Of a stretch of DNA of 64,000 bases, positions 24,058-37,200 are shown piece after piece (the first letter of the stretch is position 1; each line of letters starts with the position of its first letter). The stretch comes from Tricharina praecox (lineage: Eukaryota): assembly GCF_024521635.1 (NCBI RefSeq), contig NW_026250413.1:868001-932000 (forward strand). The letters run 5' to 3'. Below the pieces are notes generated by a model. It was not told the DNA's origin. It saw only the letters and a list, made by a program, of their open reading frames with translations, and ran no database searches. A program made the translations under genes and the position numbers.

Positions 24058-24945
24058 TTACGCGGCACCCCACGGTCCAGTGATGTCCGTCTCTAGATCC
24101 AACTCCTTCCACTCACCCTCTATATCACCCTCCACCAGTGCCTCTCGCTCACAACAGATCGCAAGAAAGAAGCCCTCTCCCTCCCCTCCCATCCTTCCCT
24201 CCAGAAAACTCACCTCCGTATACCACCTCTTACTCTCGTCCTCACCATCCACCCAAACCTCGGCGCCCCTCCACCTCTCCTGCCCGTGCCACCCCTCGAG
24301 CCCTCTAAACTCGACTCTCGTTAACTCGCCCACAATGCCTACGCCCACAGCCTTGGTATAAGCCTCCTTCAGCGCCCATAGGAGGTAAACACCCCTCACT
24401 CTCTCCACCGTGTCGCTCGCACGTAGCACCCACTCCACCTCCATAGCCGTAAACACGCCCGCCTCCGTTCCCCCGCCGCCACAAAACGTCTCTACGAACT
24501 CCTCCGCGCCGCATCTCGTATACGCCGTGGGAACGACATCGACGCCGACGCGGCGCTTCCGCTGCGGCGTCCTCGTAACCAGCGCCGCCACGGCGACCAA
24601 GCACCGCTCGCCGCCGGCGGGGAACTCCTGTCGCGGATTGTGATGTGAGGTGTTGTAATCCTCGACGCCGTCCAGCTGGCCGGTCCCGGCTACGGCCCCG
24701 TGGTACGGCCGCCCATTGGCTGGATCGCGGTGCAGCGGGACGGAGCTGAGCGTTGTGTGCGCCGCGTAGTGCGTGCAGATTACGTAGCGCTGGAGAAAGG
24801 CCGAGCCCAGTGCCAGCGCCCGGTCCGACGGGAAGTGGTAGCGCGTTATCGACGGGTGCACTGCCGGCGGGAGCAGTGAGAGTGCCGTCGCGAACCCGCT
24901 GGGGGTGAGTGTGGAGACGTCGAGGTAGAGACGGAGGAGCGGCAT
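24058..24945 (-). CDS. npgA: Sfp-type 4'-phosphopantetheinyl transferase (NpgA/Ppt1/Lys5 family)
   Basis: NGRPY, YNTSH, VGVDV and WALKEAYTKAVGVG motifs. ATG at 24945. Confidence 0.9.
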   Translation of the reverse strand: MPLLRLYLDVSTLTPSGFATALSLLPPAVHPSITRYHFPSDRALALGSAFLQRYVICTHYAAHTTLSSVPLHRDPANGRPYHGAVAGTGQLDGVEDYNTSHHNPRQEFPAGGERCLVAVAALVTRTPQRKRRVGVDVVPTAYTRCGAEEFVETFCGGGGTEAGVFTAMEVEWVLRASDTVERVRGVYLLWALKEAYTKAVGVGIVGELTRVEFRGLEGWHGQERWRGAEVWVDGEDESKRWYTEVSFLEGRMGGEGEGFFLAICCEREALVEGDIEGEWKELDLETDITGPWGAA

Positions 24946-25597
24946 TAGTCTGGTTGGTGGGCGGCGGTGGGAGGAGAGACGGTGATGACGGACGGACGGG
25001 GACAAGGTTAGGGTGGGCGGGCGTCGTGTTCGAGTGTGGACACTCTGCGATCTGTCTATCTATGCATGCTACCAGCACTCGCTTCGCTGCATGGTTGCCT
25101 ACCTATGTTTAACATGTCACTACACGATATGAGTTTCCCTCACAAGCAGACGGCCAAAGTACCCCGCCATCCGGTCTGGACTGAAACCCGCAGCCCCCTC
25201 ATGGCCCGATCCCTTGCCCCCAGTGGCCAGACCACGAAGCAATCAGCTCTCGTTGGCTGCTTTCGTTTTCTTTCTTTCTTTCGGCACTGAATGACAACAA
25301 CAAGTGCGGAGCGAGGGGGGAGGGAGGGGGAGGAAGTGAAGGCGGGGGGGCATGTGGCCGTATTCTACTGGAAGGACCGACGCACTGTTGGTGATGGTCT
25401 CGGCTCGCGCGTGATTTATATCTGGATCCAACTATTGCGGCTACAAATGTTCCACCTCACCCCCGGGAGTCAGAGGGAGCAAACAAACAACTCACTCAAA
25501 CCTCCGCAACGCTCCCTCCACCCATCACCATCACCGCCACCTTCGTTAAAGTATCAACCTTCGTTTTCTCGCCACATCCGCATGGTAGCACATCACC

Positions 25598-26944
25598 ATG
25601 CCCATCGATCCTCTTGCCCCCGGCCTCACGCCGCCATGGAACCCGACGGGAGCGGCCGGTGACGAGACGCGGGATCCAAAGACGCATGTGCTGCAGGGCT
25701 CGTCGGCGGCCGGCGCAAGAGCTCTCGGCACCCAGCTGGTAGCATTCTATTTCCGGGCTCCGGTCAAAGCGTTTTTCCGCATGCGAGTGGACTACATGGT
25801 ACCGTCCCTTGATCCGTCCCTCCCATCCGCCCGCCCGCCGCTGACCGCCCGATAGCAAGTCGCCCGCGCCATCAACCCCGCCACCGCCAACGCCGGGTGG
25901 TCGGTAGCGCAGACTACGCCCGCACTGCTGTACCACGCGGTGCGGAAACACGGGTGGGGGTTCATCCCGCGGCAGGTGCTGCCGCCGATGGTCGCTAACG
26001 CCACTGTCGGCGCGATCCTGTACACCAGCTACCTCCAGACGCTGGCAGCGCTACATAAGCCTTCCGCACAGAACACGAAGCGGGTGTATCCGCCGCCGCC
26101 GTGGGCCGCCACGTTCCAGGCGGGCTTCGCCGCGGGTGCGATACAGAGCGTCGTTGCGGCCCCCCTGGATGCGCTCGTGGTCAGGTTCAAGGTTCAGGAT
26201 ATGCTCGACGGCGGGTATAGGAGCGTCTATGCATACAGCAGACACAAGCTAAAGGAGATTGGACTGCGGGGGGTGTTTGCGGGGTATTCGTTGAGCTTTA
26301 TGAAGGTATGCTTTCCCCCACCGCCACCAGGGACGGGAATGGTGGCTGATGAAGATCCGCAGGAGTCCCTAGGCTACGGCCTCTTCTTCGCCTCGTTCGA
26401 ATTCGTCAAGCAGCAGGCGTACTTCAGTTTCCTAACGTACTACTACTCAGGTCGGGGCCTGATCAACCTCGGCCCGGTACCGATCGTCTCGCCGCCGACG
26501 CCCGTCTCGGTTTCGTCGACGACGCACACCACGATCCGCCCGCACTACGCTCTCGAGCCGACGTTCCTCCTCCTCGCGGGCGCCTGCGCTTCCATCACGC
26601 AGCAGACAGTGCAGCACCCGCTGTCGAAAATCCAAGGTGTGCACTACGGGCGGCTGGAGAGCATCGACTACATCACGAAGAACGTCTCGCACCAGCCGCT
26701 GCGCGTCGTCGAGGCGTACAAGCGCGGCTATGGAAAGACGTACAGACAGTGTCGCGCGCAGGCGGCGAAGTCCGGTGGCTGGAGGAGGTGGCTTTGGAGG
26801 GGATTGGCGGTAAATACCCTCAGACAGATCCCGAGTACTTCTGCCGGACTGTTTGTCTTTGAGATCTTTAGGAGGAGGTTTGCCAGCGAGCAGAGGGAGA
26901 GTGTCGCTATTGAGTTTGGCGATAGGACTATTCTGTTGAACTGA
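25598..26944 (+). CDS. Mitochondrial carrier-like membrane protein (2 introns)
   Basis: AAPLDALVVRF carrier-type motif, GLRGVFAGY, FFASFEFVK, WLWRGL. Confidence 0.75.
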
Positions 26945-27129
26945 TTTGGTTGTTGGGTTGCGGGGTTGCTTAGAGGGATGGTTAAATGTACTGGAGGAGT
27001 TTTTGCTTGGGTTGGAGGGTTGTGTTTGGAGGAGTTTGTGTTTGCGGGATGGGGGTTTGGTGTTTACATGCTATGCTGGTGGATATGCCCCGATGGTTTC
27101 GCTCGGAGATAACTGACTACACCTACCTA

Positions 27130-27190
27130 GATGGATGGGAATGGATGGATGGATGGATGTATGGGATGGATGGGATGGATGGACGGATGG
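27130..27190 (+). repeat. Degenerate (GGAT)n microsatellite between convergent genes
   Basis: Repeated ATGG/GGGAT units. Confidence 0.8.
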
Positions 27191-27375
27191 GAGTTGCGCA
27201 GTTTCTGTAAATATCAGGCGTGCCTTTTGATAGAATAAGGAATACATATGATAGACTGATAGATTGATAGACTGGACTAGACAGACAGACAGGATCATCA
27301 CCATCATTCACAGCCGTTCAACAGTGGCCGGTCACATTCATCCCGAGCACTACCTTAGTTATCCCCGCCTGTCCC

Positions 27376-28347
27376 TCACGTCTCCTTCCCCATCTCCGCC
27401 TCCACCGCCGCATCCGCCTCAGCATACTCCTTTTTCCAGAACGCCCTGCGGCGATGCTTTCTCCCCACGCTCGTAATCTCTTTAACCTCCTCCTCAGTGA
27501 GCTCCCAGTCCCCCTCGACCTCGAGGACCTCCCTCATCCTGTCTTCCTTCCCGGTCGTCGCCACAACCAACGCCCCCCTCTGGCGAACCCATTTAAGCAG
27601 CACCTGTGCCTGCGTCTTCGCATGCTCCCCGGCGACCCTTTCCAGCACCGCATCCAACGGCCCCCCGCGAAACCTGACCAGCGGCGCCAGCGGCGAGTAC
27701 CCAGCCACGGCCACCCCCTCCTGCGCGCAATAGCGCAAAAGCTCCTCGTCGCAGCAGTACGGATGCAGCTCTACCTGGTTCACGGCGGGGCGTACCCGCG
27801 CGTAACCCAGCAGCGACCGTAGTTGGGGGGTGTTGAAGTTGCTTACACCTATCTGCCGCGCTGCGCCCGAGGTGTGGAGGGACTCGAGGGAGGTCCAGAC
27901 GTCGCGTACGGAGACGCCGTGGGTACTGGGGGTGAAGAAGGGGCAGTGGAGGAGGTAGAGGTCGACGTAGGAGACGCCGAGGCGCGTGAGCGAGCGGGCG
28001 AAGGTCCCCGGAGCGTCGGAGACGGTGGGCCATAGCTGTTTCCGGCGGCGGCGTTAGCTGCCGGCCCCTCCCCCTCCCCAGCCCCACCCCACACACACAG
28101 CTAGGGAACGCACCTTGGTAGTAACAAAAACCTCCTCCCTCATCACCCCCTCGGCGGCAGCAGCGGCAACGGCGGCGCCCAGCTCGCGCTCGTTGTTGTA
28201 CGACTCTGCGCCGTCGAGGTGGCGGAACCCCGTGTGCAGTGCCGTCATGATCGCCGTGACGAGCGCGGCGTCGAGCGGTGCGTCCACCGCTGTCGACCAG
28301 GAGGTGCCGGTGCCGAAGGCGAGGGGGGGGATTGCGGCGGGGGTCAT
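27376..28347 (-). CDS. Aldo-keto reductase (1 intron, about 28113-28036)
   Basis: FGTGT, HLDGAESYNNE, VFVTTK, YVDLYLLHCP, IGVSNF, NQVELHPY, YSPL. Confidence 0.93.
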
Positions 28348-29068
28348 TCTTGTTGGGAGGGGGTGAGGGTGAGGGTGAGGGTGGTGGGCGAGGAGGTGGA
28401 GGAGGAGGAGCTGGTGGGGGGTACTTGTAGTTTTGGGTTAACCTTTATACACGGTGACGCAATGGTAGGAATGTAGAGTGGTGGTGGTGGGGTACACGAT
28501 TGCGTGGAATAGGCATGTGCAGCTCGGAACGGGACTCGGGACTCGGGACTCGGGAGCGGATGTTTCTGATTTCGAGTTTCGGCTTGTAGCTGTAGCTGTA
28601 GCTGGTCCTCTACATAGCTTGTATGTAGCTTTCAGCTTGTAGCTTGCATGAAGCACGAAACATCATCCTCAGCTTGTCCTGTCGGATATACAAACCGGGT
28701 GTACATATATCCGGCGGGGACCCACATGCACAGCTGAACCTCCAGAGAACACATACGGCACCGGAATAGGTCTCATCCATCACGTCCATGGGATCTGACA
28801 TCGGCAGTGACGGATACTCCTAGTTGTTTTGGAGAAAAGGACTGTCGATTGTCGTCTGCCATCGAGTGAGCAGCCATGTACTCGCATGTATGTACCGCCC
28901 CCATCTCTCCGTCCACCATCTCTCTCTCTCACTTGTGCAGGACCATAGATCATCCCGAGTCCATAAACGATATCTTCTATGCCGAAACATCCATTCTAAA
29001 CTGCATCATTACTTCCCCAACTCTTAACGCCCAACGCCCTCCAACGCTCGCCCACGATAGTAGTATGA

Positions 29069-29850
29069 TCATCTCCTCTTCCCCCCTTTCCCACCCGCAG
29101 CAGGAGTCGACGGTGCTGCCGCCGCCGCCGGTGCACTCCCGCTCCCACCGCCACTGCTACTACCCGACAAAAACCCAGCCACATCAAAATTGAGCGGATT
29201 CTCCGCGCCAGATCCGATAGGGCCCCGCTTCGACTGCGCCTGGAACTCTGCCTTAAACTCCGGATCCACTGTTTTCCCTCGCACGTCAGCACCCATTGCC
29301 GCATCCCCCCCCCCCCCTTCTCCCCACCAACGGAGGAAAGCAGAAACTTACTTTTATCCAGCACCTTCGGCAGCACAACAATACTGGCCAGCGAGACGAT
29401 GGCGATAAGTATCATCGGCGACCCCAGCATCTTGAGGGGACTAAACCCCTCTCGGGTGATAAAGTGCTCCTTCCTCCCGACGGCGCGGACCTCGAGGGCG
29501 TTGAGGCGCTCGCCGGTATTATCCCACGCGTTGCCGCGGAACGTCTGCGTTACCGAGATTGCCGCTGGATTGCTGGAGGAGACGTCGACGCGGTAGGGCG
29601 CGAAGTGGTGCGTTGACGAGAGGGTTTCCAATAGGTAGGACCCCGAGGATAGGTTGCGGAAGACGAACGTGTTGTCGGCGTGCAGCAGCGTGCGGTGTGT
29701 GGAGTACGAGGTCGTGAGTGTTAAGGTCGTGTCGGCGAGCAGCAGCGAGGGGTTGGGAAGGTGCGGCGAGGGCACGATCGCGCCGCGGAGGGTGGTGGCC
29801 ACGGCGGCCGTGGTCGACAGGAGCAGTGTGGTGAGGGCGTAGAGCTTCAT
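29069..29850 (-). CDS. EMC7: ER membrane protein complex subunit 7-like (1 intron)
   Basis: Signal peptide, FVFRNLSSGSYLLE beta-sandwich, REGFSPLKMLGSPMILI, TM helix, DPEFKAEF, FDVAGFLSG. Confidence 0.85.
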
Positions 29851-30731
29851 TTTTCGTGTGTCGTGTTGTGGTTGGGGCTGGGGGATGTATCTGGCCGGTT
29901 CGGAGGTCTATGTAGCTTAAGCGTCGGCTGGCGGAGCCGGGTAAAGTCTATTCACCGAATATCACATCACCAATCGAGCGAGATCTCAAGTTTGAATAGT
30001 GGCTAAACTGAAGGTCTCTCTCTCCCAGGTTGAACAGTGACGAGAAGTACCATTATCAACAATTCTCCTCTCAATCAACCGCCATTCAGTCGCCGTCCAT
30101 TGAAAACACCCCCAGCTATACAGATCCCTCTCTGTCCCTCTCAAGTACAATCAGGTTGGTACAAAGCTACAGCAGCCAAACAGAAAATGCGAAAAATGCA
30201 AGCAATCGGTCGTAAAAACCCAGCATCCTGCCCGTCGCATCCATCACCGGTCGGTGAAGAGAAAGACAAAGACAATCAAGTGCAAGTCTCCGTCCGTCCA
30301 CAAGTCCACAAATGCAAAGGTAAAAATATAACGTACAGCAAAAGAAAACATGCTCCGATAGAAAACATTTCCAGAAGAAAAACAACCACAGCCATTAGGA
30401 AATTCGTCAGAAAAAGCAGAAGAAAAGTAAAACAAACCCCGCATAATAACAAAGGACCAGGCAATCTATGCACAACCCCCTGTAAGTAACATAGTTAACA
30501 TAGTTTACAATCCCGAACCAGTATTGTAACTCCTCTCCCCGTACTGTACAGTCATAGCAACTTACCCCCCTACCCACCCCAAACCGTTCATGTAACCCTC
30601 GTAATACCGTATGAAAGAGAAAAAAAAGAAAAAAGGAAAAGGTTCATCGTCGGACGGTATCGTAAAAATAGGTTGTCGATTCGCTCAGTTGATATCCAGT
30701 ACGCGCATGTACAGAAAGATCGTACACGTCG

Positions 30732-33700
30732 TCAGACGAGGAACTGGGTTCCCATCTCGGGGTGGAACGGAGGCGGGTACGAGTGCTGCTGAACGGGAGT
30801 GGGACGCATCGGTCCCTGGTTGTGGACGTTCGGACGCATCTGAGGGGGAGGATTGTAGGAGCTCGAGCGCGAGTGTCCGGACGGCGATCCTCCGTTCTGA
30901 AACGGCATGTTCATCTTGTTCTCGTTCATGGTTCCGAGCTTGCTCTGAATCCTACGTCCATAGGGAAAGTTGCGAATCGACGGGAGAAGAGGCATGATGA
31001 CCTCTGCGAGCTTCTGACGGGTAACCGGATCGGCATAGTCGATCTAGGCAATGTCAGTAAGCAGCAAGAGAATACCGCAGACACAATCGGAACTGACCGA
31101 AGTCTGGATGACATAATTGGCGTAGCAATCACGCAACATGTCGTCCATGCGCCCAGAAGCGACGATCTCCTCAATCAGAATCTTCTTGGTAGGAGTCTCG
31201 GCAACACGGATACACTACAGCCCGAGTCAGTATTGAGTACGAAACGAATCTGCCACTGAGACTCTACCTTCTCGATGACATTCGAACTGAATTTCTGCTT
31301 CGCCAGCTCGCAGATCATGCCGCAGAACTTCAAGATGACGGGCTCCGAAAGGGTCGGCTCACCAAGATCCACTGTAACCAAACAATTAGACCAACCAATA
31401 CGGATGTGGGAAGTGGGGGGACTCACAGATGTACTGGACGACGTAGTTTCCAAAGGCGTCCTGAACAAGCTCAAGGGAATGGGCAGTGATCCTCTGGATC
31501 AGCTGCACCTTTTGAAGGCCCGAAGCGTGGTCAATGCACCTCTGAAGAACGCAGCAACCATGGCGATGAGTTCCAACCGGGATGCAGTTTTCTCCAACGG
31601 CATCGAAGATGAACTGGTAGAACAGTTAGCTACAAGAATCGTCAAGACAGGCCGCAGTCGGTGTCAAACCTGAGCATCCTCGGGCTTCAAACGGTTCAGG
31701 CACTTCTGGATGACGTGGTTGCCATTGAGGTCCTGGATGAGCTCAACGACCTTGCTCTCGAGAGCGTGGACGATGGTATCGATCTGCTCACGAGTCGAGA
31801 GGAACTCGATCATCTTCTGCAAAGCGCGGGTGCCATGTTGGTTCAAGGCGATGTCAACCAAGCGGGGAGCGGCAGTGTTCACAAGAACGGTGCGCTGCTT
31901 GTCGTTGGTAAACTCGAGCAGCTTCTGGCAGAGGTAATTGCCGAAGGGATCTGGCCACCGGTTAGATGAGTCATGTTTGATGGCATCGGCACACATACCA
32001 GTCATCAGCTCGATTACATGAGAGTGGGTTTCCTTGAAGATCATCTCGACGTATTGGGGATTTCCCTCCTCCAGCTTCTTCTGCAGGTAGCGGCAGCCGT
32101 GCTGGTCCTTGCAGAGGGTGTAAATCTCGTTGACAAGAGTCTCCAGCTTGACGTTCGCAAATCGGTTGACTGAATCGTCGTCAGCAATGAGTCTCGTGAT
32201 AGGCAGGGAATTGAGCAACAAACCTTCACCCTCGCTTCCCCTCTTCTGCATGTTACGACCCTGCATCTGGTGGGGGGAGTCGGGGACAGCCCCAGCCTGT
32301 TTATAGAGAGGGTAGGGGGGTCCGTAGGGAGTGGTGTGGAACACGGGAGCAGCGCTAATGCTCTGGAGGTTGATGTGTCCATAGGCTCCGTACAGACCAG
32401 GAGAAGGCAGAGGAGCCATGCCAGTGTTGGGAATAACCGGCATGTGGACCATGCCAGCAGAGAGAGGAGGACCAAACATGGTGGCCGACTGCATCGGATC
32501 AATCAGCACGGATGAAGTCTACATGAGAGGAGGAGTGTGTGTTCTTACGTTGTTAGCAGCAGTAACCGAGAGCTCACGGCTGTGTCTCTGTCTGTCGATG
32601 GGTCCTCTGCCGAAGGTGTTGTTCTGCATGTTGTTGCTGCTGCTGCTGGCAGCTCTCATGGTGGGGATGTCGGAGGTCGAGAAGGAGGGCTGCAACTTGG
32701 GCATTGTACCTTGGCGGCTCTGACCCGATTCGGTCTGCGTGATCTTGGCACTCAGGTTCTCACTGAAGGTGGAGAAGGGGAAGTCGGTGGAAGAGCGCTC
32801 GAATCGACGGATGCCAGGAGAGTCTGTCTGCGGCACAACCTTGGGGGAAGAGTTGCTGGTAGGAGTGTAAGGGAAGTTGTTGACAGGCAAGCTGTGCTGA
32901 GCAGGACGATGGGAACGAGTGAAGGTTGTGTGACCCCACAGCTGCTGCTGCTCCATCTGGCCACCTGCATTCTCAGGATAGGCTAGATCGAGAGCTGCGG
33001 AAGAAGCAGAGAGCTGCCGAGAAAGGTTAGCAAGGTCCAAAACCGGTCGATCGAGGGCAATTATACCTTTCCGGGATGGCTCTGCGTCAGGATGGGAAAT
33101 TTATTGTCCGTGGACATCATCTGGAGGTAGGATTTGACGTCCGGGGAAGTGGTGGCAGTCTTCTTCTCGGCGTTGCTCTTGTCGGTGTGATCGTCGTCAA
33201 ACAGAAAGTCCGCAGTGTTGATCGAGCCGAGTCCAAAGCGAGACGTTCCGGATTGCATGGAATTCTGGTTATCGAGAGAATTGTTGGGCAGGGAATTTCT
33301 GTCAGACACCGAGAATCAGCATGAACGTTCGAGCTCTCTGGATTCCGACCATCGGAAGTGGAACGCTACCTAATCATTGAACGTTGGCCGATCGGAGCCT
33401 GAGTGGGGGTCCCGCGAGCCTGGTTTTCGTCAGAGTTGCGGCGAGATCCCGGGACCGATCTGGAGTTGCTCTGGGACAGCAACGACAGAACATCCTCGGA
33501 AGGGGGCGTAATCAGTTGCTGTTGATCCAGACGGTTACTAACTGTAGGGGGCGTGGCCAAAAGGGACGCGGGAGCCATTGCTGCTTTGGAACGTCCGTAA
33601 GGTCCGTCACGAAACTCCGGAGGTGTGGTCGGCTCACTGTGTCCTGCCGACAGCGAAACACGATCGCGGGGGTTGTTGGTCATGGCCATGCGGTCCAAGT

Positions 33701-34295
33701 TCTGAGCCATGCGTAGAATCTCCTCTTCGTCCTTGCGGTTCTGAAGCTCCATAAGCTTCATGCGTGCCTCGTACTTCTTCTGCTCCTGGCGGCGGGACTC
33801 GTATGCCATCTGCTTCTGTTGAATCAACTATATATGGGGAAAAAAGGATCCAGATTAGCTTTCCGACTCGACCATCCTCAAAAAAAGAAGCTTAATTCTA
33901 AAGCTTACCATCTGAACCCTCTTACGTTCCTGCAGAAAACAAAGTTAGCCCAACCCATCCTACCACAATAGCTTTTCCCCTTCGGGGCCGGGAATACGTA
34001 CATCCTCGCCGAGGGAGTCATCCATGGATTCCGAAACGGGAATGCGGGGGAGCCTGGACTGATCCCACACCGATCCGATAGGTGGGGTGATCATAGCGTC
34101 GGCGGTGAATCGACGCGTAAGGCCAGCCCTCACATCGGCTGTAGCCGACGAGGGAGGCTGGTTGTGGTTTCCGAGCTCGGAGCCGTTGCGGAGCGGGGCG
34201 TAGGAGGTGGAGGAGGAGGGGAATTGCTGTCCCTCGATGCTTCGGAAACGCATCTCGTCGAGGTGCCGATCATGCACGGAAGCAGAGAACGCCAT
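30732..34295 (-). CDS. Pumilio/PUF RNA-binding protein, Puf4/Mpt5 type, multi-exon
   Basis: LCKDQHGCRYLQKKL, DPFGNYLCQKL, NQHGTRALQK, DLNGNHVIQK, QKFSSNVIEK and PYGRRIQSKL repeats. Long low-complexity N-terminus. Confidence 0.92.
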
Positions 34296-37200
34296 TGCTC
34301 ATAACTGGCGAGAGTGTTAGCTCGGAATCGACAAGATAGTGCCTCTCAGGAGCGGGCTGATGCATAACGAGGGCTGGGTGGGGGGTGGGGGGTGGGGGGT
34401 GGTTATGTGGACGATTGGGGTAATTTCGAAGCGGGCCAACAAGACAGTTCGCCAGCTCATCTCGAGGTCCGCCCGAAGAATTTTTTTGGGACACGGCAAG
34501 GAGCAGGAGCAGCAGGAAAATCTTACCACGACGGCGTCGTAGTCCGACCGAGTGTTGTGAGTTGCGGGAAAGGAACAGTAGTTCCCGCGAGGCTGATCGA
34601 ACGAAGGTTTTGGCAATGGTGTGTAGCGCGCGGGAGGTGAAGGTAGTAGTCCGGGGGAGAGGTCTGGGTAACGACAACGATTCGGGACGAGATCTCAAAG
34701 ACGAAACGAAACGAGAGGAGTTAACGAGCAGAAAGAAAAGTGAGAGGAGAAAGCACGGCGGGGTAAGAAGGGGGTGAGGAGGAGGGGAGAGGTATGGAGA
34801 GGAGAGGGGGGAGTGAGAGAGAGAGGAGGAGGAGGTGAAAGTAGTGGGTTAGGATGGAGTGGTTGGGGGGGGGGGGGGGGGGGGGGATGGTGGATGGTGG
34901 ATGGTGGAACTTGGTTTGAGTGACGAACGTGCAGTGCAGCAAGCAGCAGCAGCAGCAGTAGGCAGGCAGGGCAGGCAGGCAGCAACAGCGGCAAAGTAAT
35001 GAGCGAACGGTACGGTCCGTCGGGGGTCCCTTCTATCTATCGTTCCTCCTCGTCTTCCTATTCCTCCTCCGTGGTGTCGTCTCGCGCTGACAAGAGAGTC
35101 GACTTTGACAACTCAAAATTCAGCCGCGACGACAAAAGAGCTTTCAGCTCTCAGCTAAGCACATATCGAACTCCACGGAAGGAGTCGAAGACGTATCATA
35201 CTTCGTACTTTAAATAATGTTTATCTGGCTCCAACTTTGCGCACGAATAAGCTCTCGTTGAATGCCGCGTGCTCAATGTATCGCTCACTCGAGGGTTCGC
35301 ACTCTACTCTCATCCCAACTCAATCGCCCCTCCCCCTCCCCTCATCCACCTCCCTGCGACACGGTCTCGCCGCCAAGTTCGGTTCAGGCCATTCGAAGGA
35401 AGAAGCTTGACTCTAGGGCTGCATCGTCTCCGCACTCCCCGGTGATCCAGATTGGAAACGGGAGTCGCGGCAAGTTCTCCAGCCCGTTGATCTGATTGAG
35501 TTCGCTCGGTGACGCAGAGCCTCTCTCGCCAATGCCAGGGACCTAGGTAGAGTAGGCACGATACGTCCCTTATCTAACAAGCTGTCTCTATCTCAGGGTC
35601 CCACAGACGACCCGAGCAAGGCAATCGAGCGAACATGTGCGTGTGTGGTTGCAGTTACGAGCAAGCAAGCTATGCTACCTCTCTAGCTAGCGAGCTGCTC
35701 CTGCTGCTCCTGCTGCTCCTGCTGAGTCCAGAACTTCCATGAGCCGTGGACGAGCACAAGGTTTAAGGGCCTGGTCGGTGGTGGTGGGCTCGACTCTAAC
35801 TCTAGACATAGTCGGGCCTTGATCACCCAGGGCCAGCCATCGTTCCACGCCGTTGCGGGCCAAACTTACGGGAGTGTCCGCGCCCGCGCCCGCGCCCGTC
35901 CATGTAACCAACTAACCACATCCTCACAGACTTCGCCCATCCTTTGAAGAGTTTGAAGCGCGGCCCACCATCGAGAAACGTATCTAGAGTACGTAAGTAA
36001 ACACTCTAAAGCCCGGGCCCCGGACGGGAGAGTTTCGAGCGCACCAGCACCAGAGATCCAGAGCCGCAACCACCTACCACCTACCCACCTACCGCACACG
36101 TAACCAAGCATCCGTGCGTTATACACTCTACCTACTCTATCATATCGTCATGCTTAACTTAATTTATCGATCTCTGATCATTGATCACAATGCCTCTGTG
36201 AGACCGTGGGACTGTGAGACTGTGGGCCTGTGGCCATTCAACTCTAAAAATGGCAATTGGCCAGTGGCCTCGACACTGGACAGTCAGCATCCCTAAAACG
36301 GCATTTCCCTCTCTCCCTCTCTCCCTCTCTCGCGAATGGCCAGCCAGCGAATCATGCTCGAGTCTGGGTGAAGAAGCTCAAGGTTGCGCAGTCAATGGGT
36401 CAATGGCTTCACGCTTCGTGACTGGACGGAGGCCTGACGGTAGTGAACTTTGAAGGAGGGCACACAACCCTGCCCCTCGACCCCTCGACCCCGCCGGCCG
36501 CCCCTCACCACCACCACTGCGGTCTGCCACTATGGTCGACCACCAACCACGGCCAATCTACGACACTGGGGGAGTGGAGGGAGTGGTGCGGAGTGGTGCG
36601 GAGTGGCCGGTGGCCGTTGACATGTGGCTCATTAGAGTGCAAAATGTCGATTCCGATTTTACCGAAGGGGAGGAAGAAAGAAAAAAGAAGGAAAAAAAGA
36701 AGCAAATAAAGGAGGAAAAAGAACAAAAAGAAAGAAAAAGAAGAAGGGGAAAAAGAAAAAAAACCCCCGAAGAAATAAAGAAAACCCCCCAGGAACAAAG
36801 GAAACATTTCCTATTTGTTTAGAAATCAAAGGGCTCGCTGAGTCGCTGAGTCGCTGGACTCGGAATCTCGGATCAGGGCTCGCTTTATCTTGAGTGACAA
36901 GTACCGTACTATCACATCTCCCCATGTACTCGTACTCTATCCCCGGCCGCTTACTGGCCGCCTACATACAACTGGTCGATCAAGAATGGGAACGTAATCC
37001 ACTGACTGACTGGTTCGTTCGCCTCCCTCTTTGCCACAAGCCAAGTGCCGCTCTCTCGCTCTCTCACCCACGAGCGAGACAAAACACCAGCTGGCCGACC
37101 ACTGCCACTACTACCGTACTCTACTCTACCGTACTCTACCGTACTCTATCTACTCTATGTAAGACGAAACAGCTGCGGCCGTCGACGCCGCCGCTGAGTC

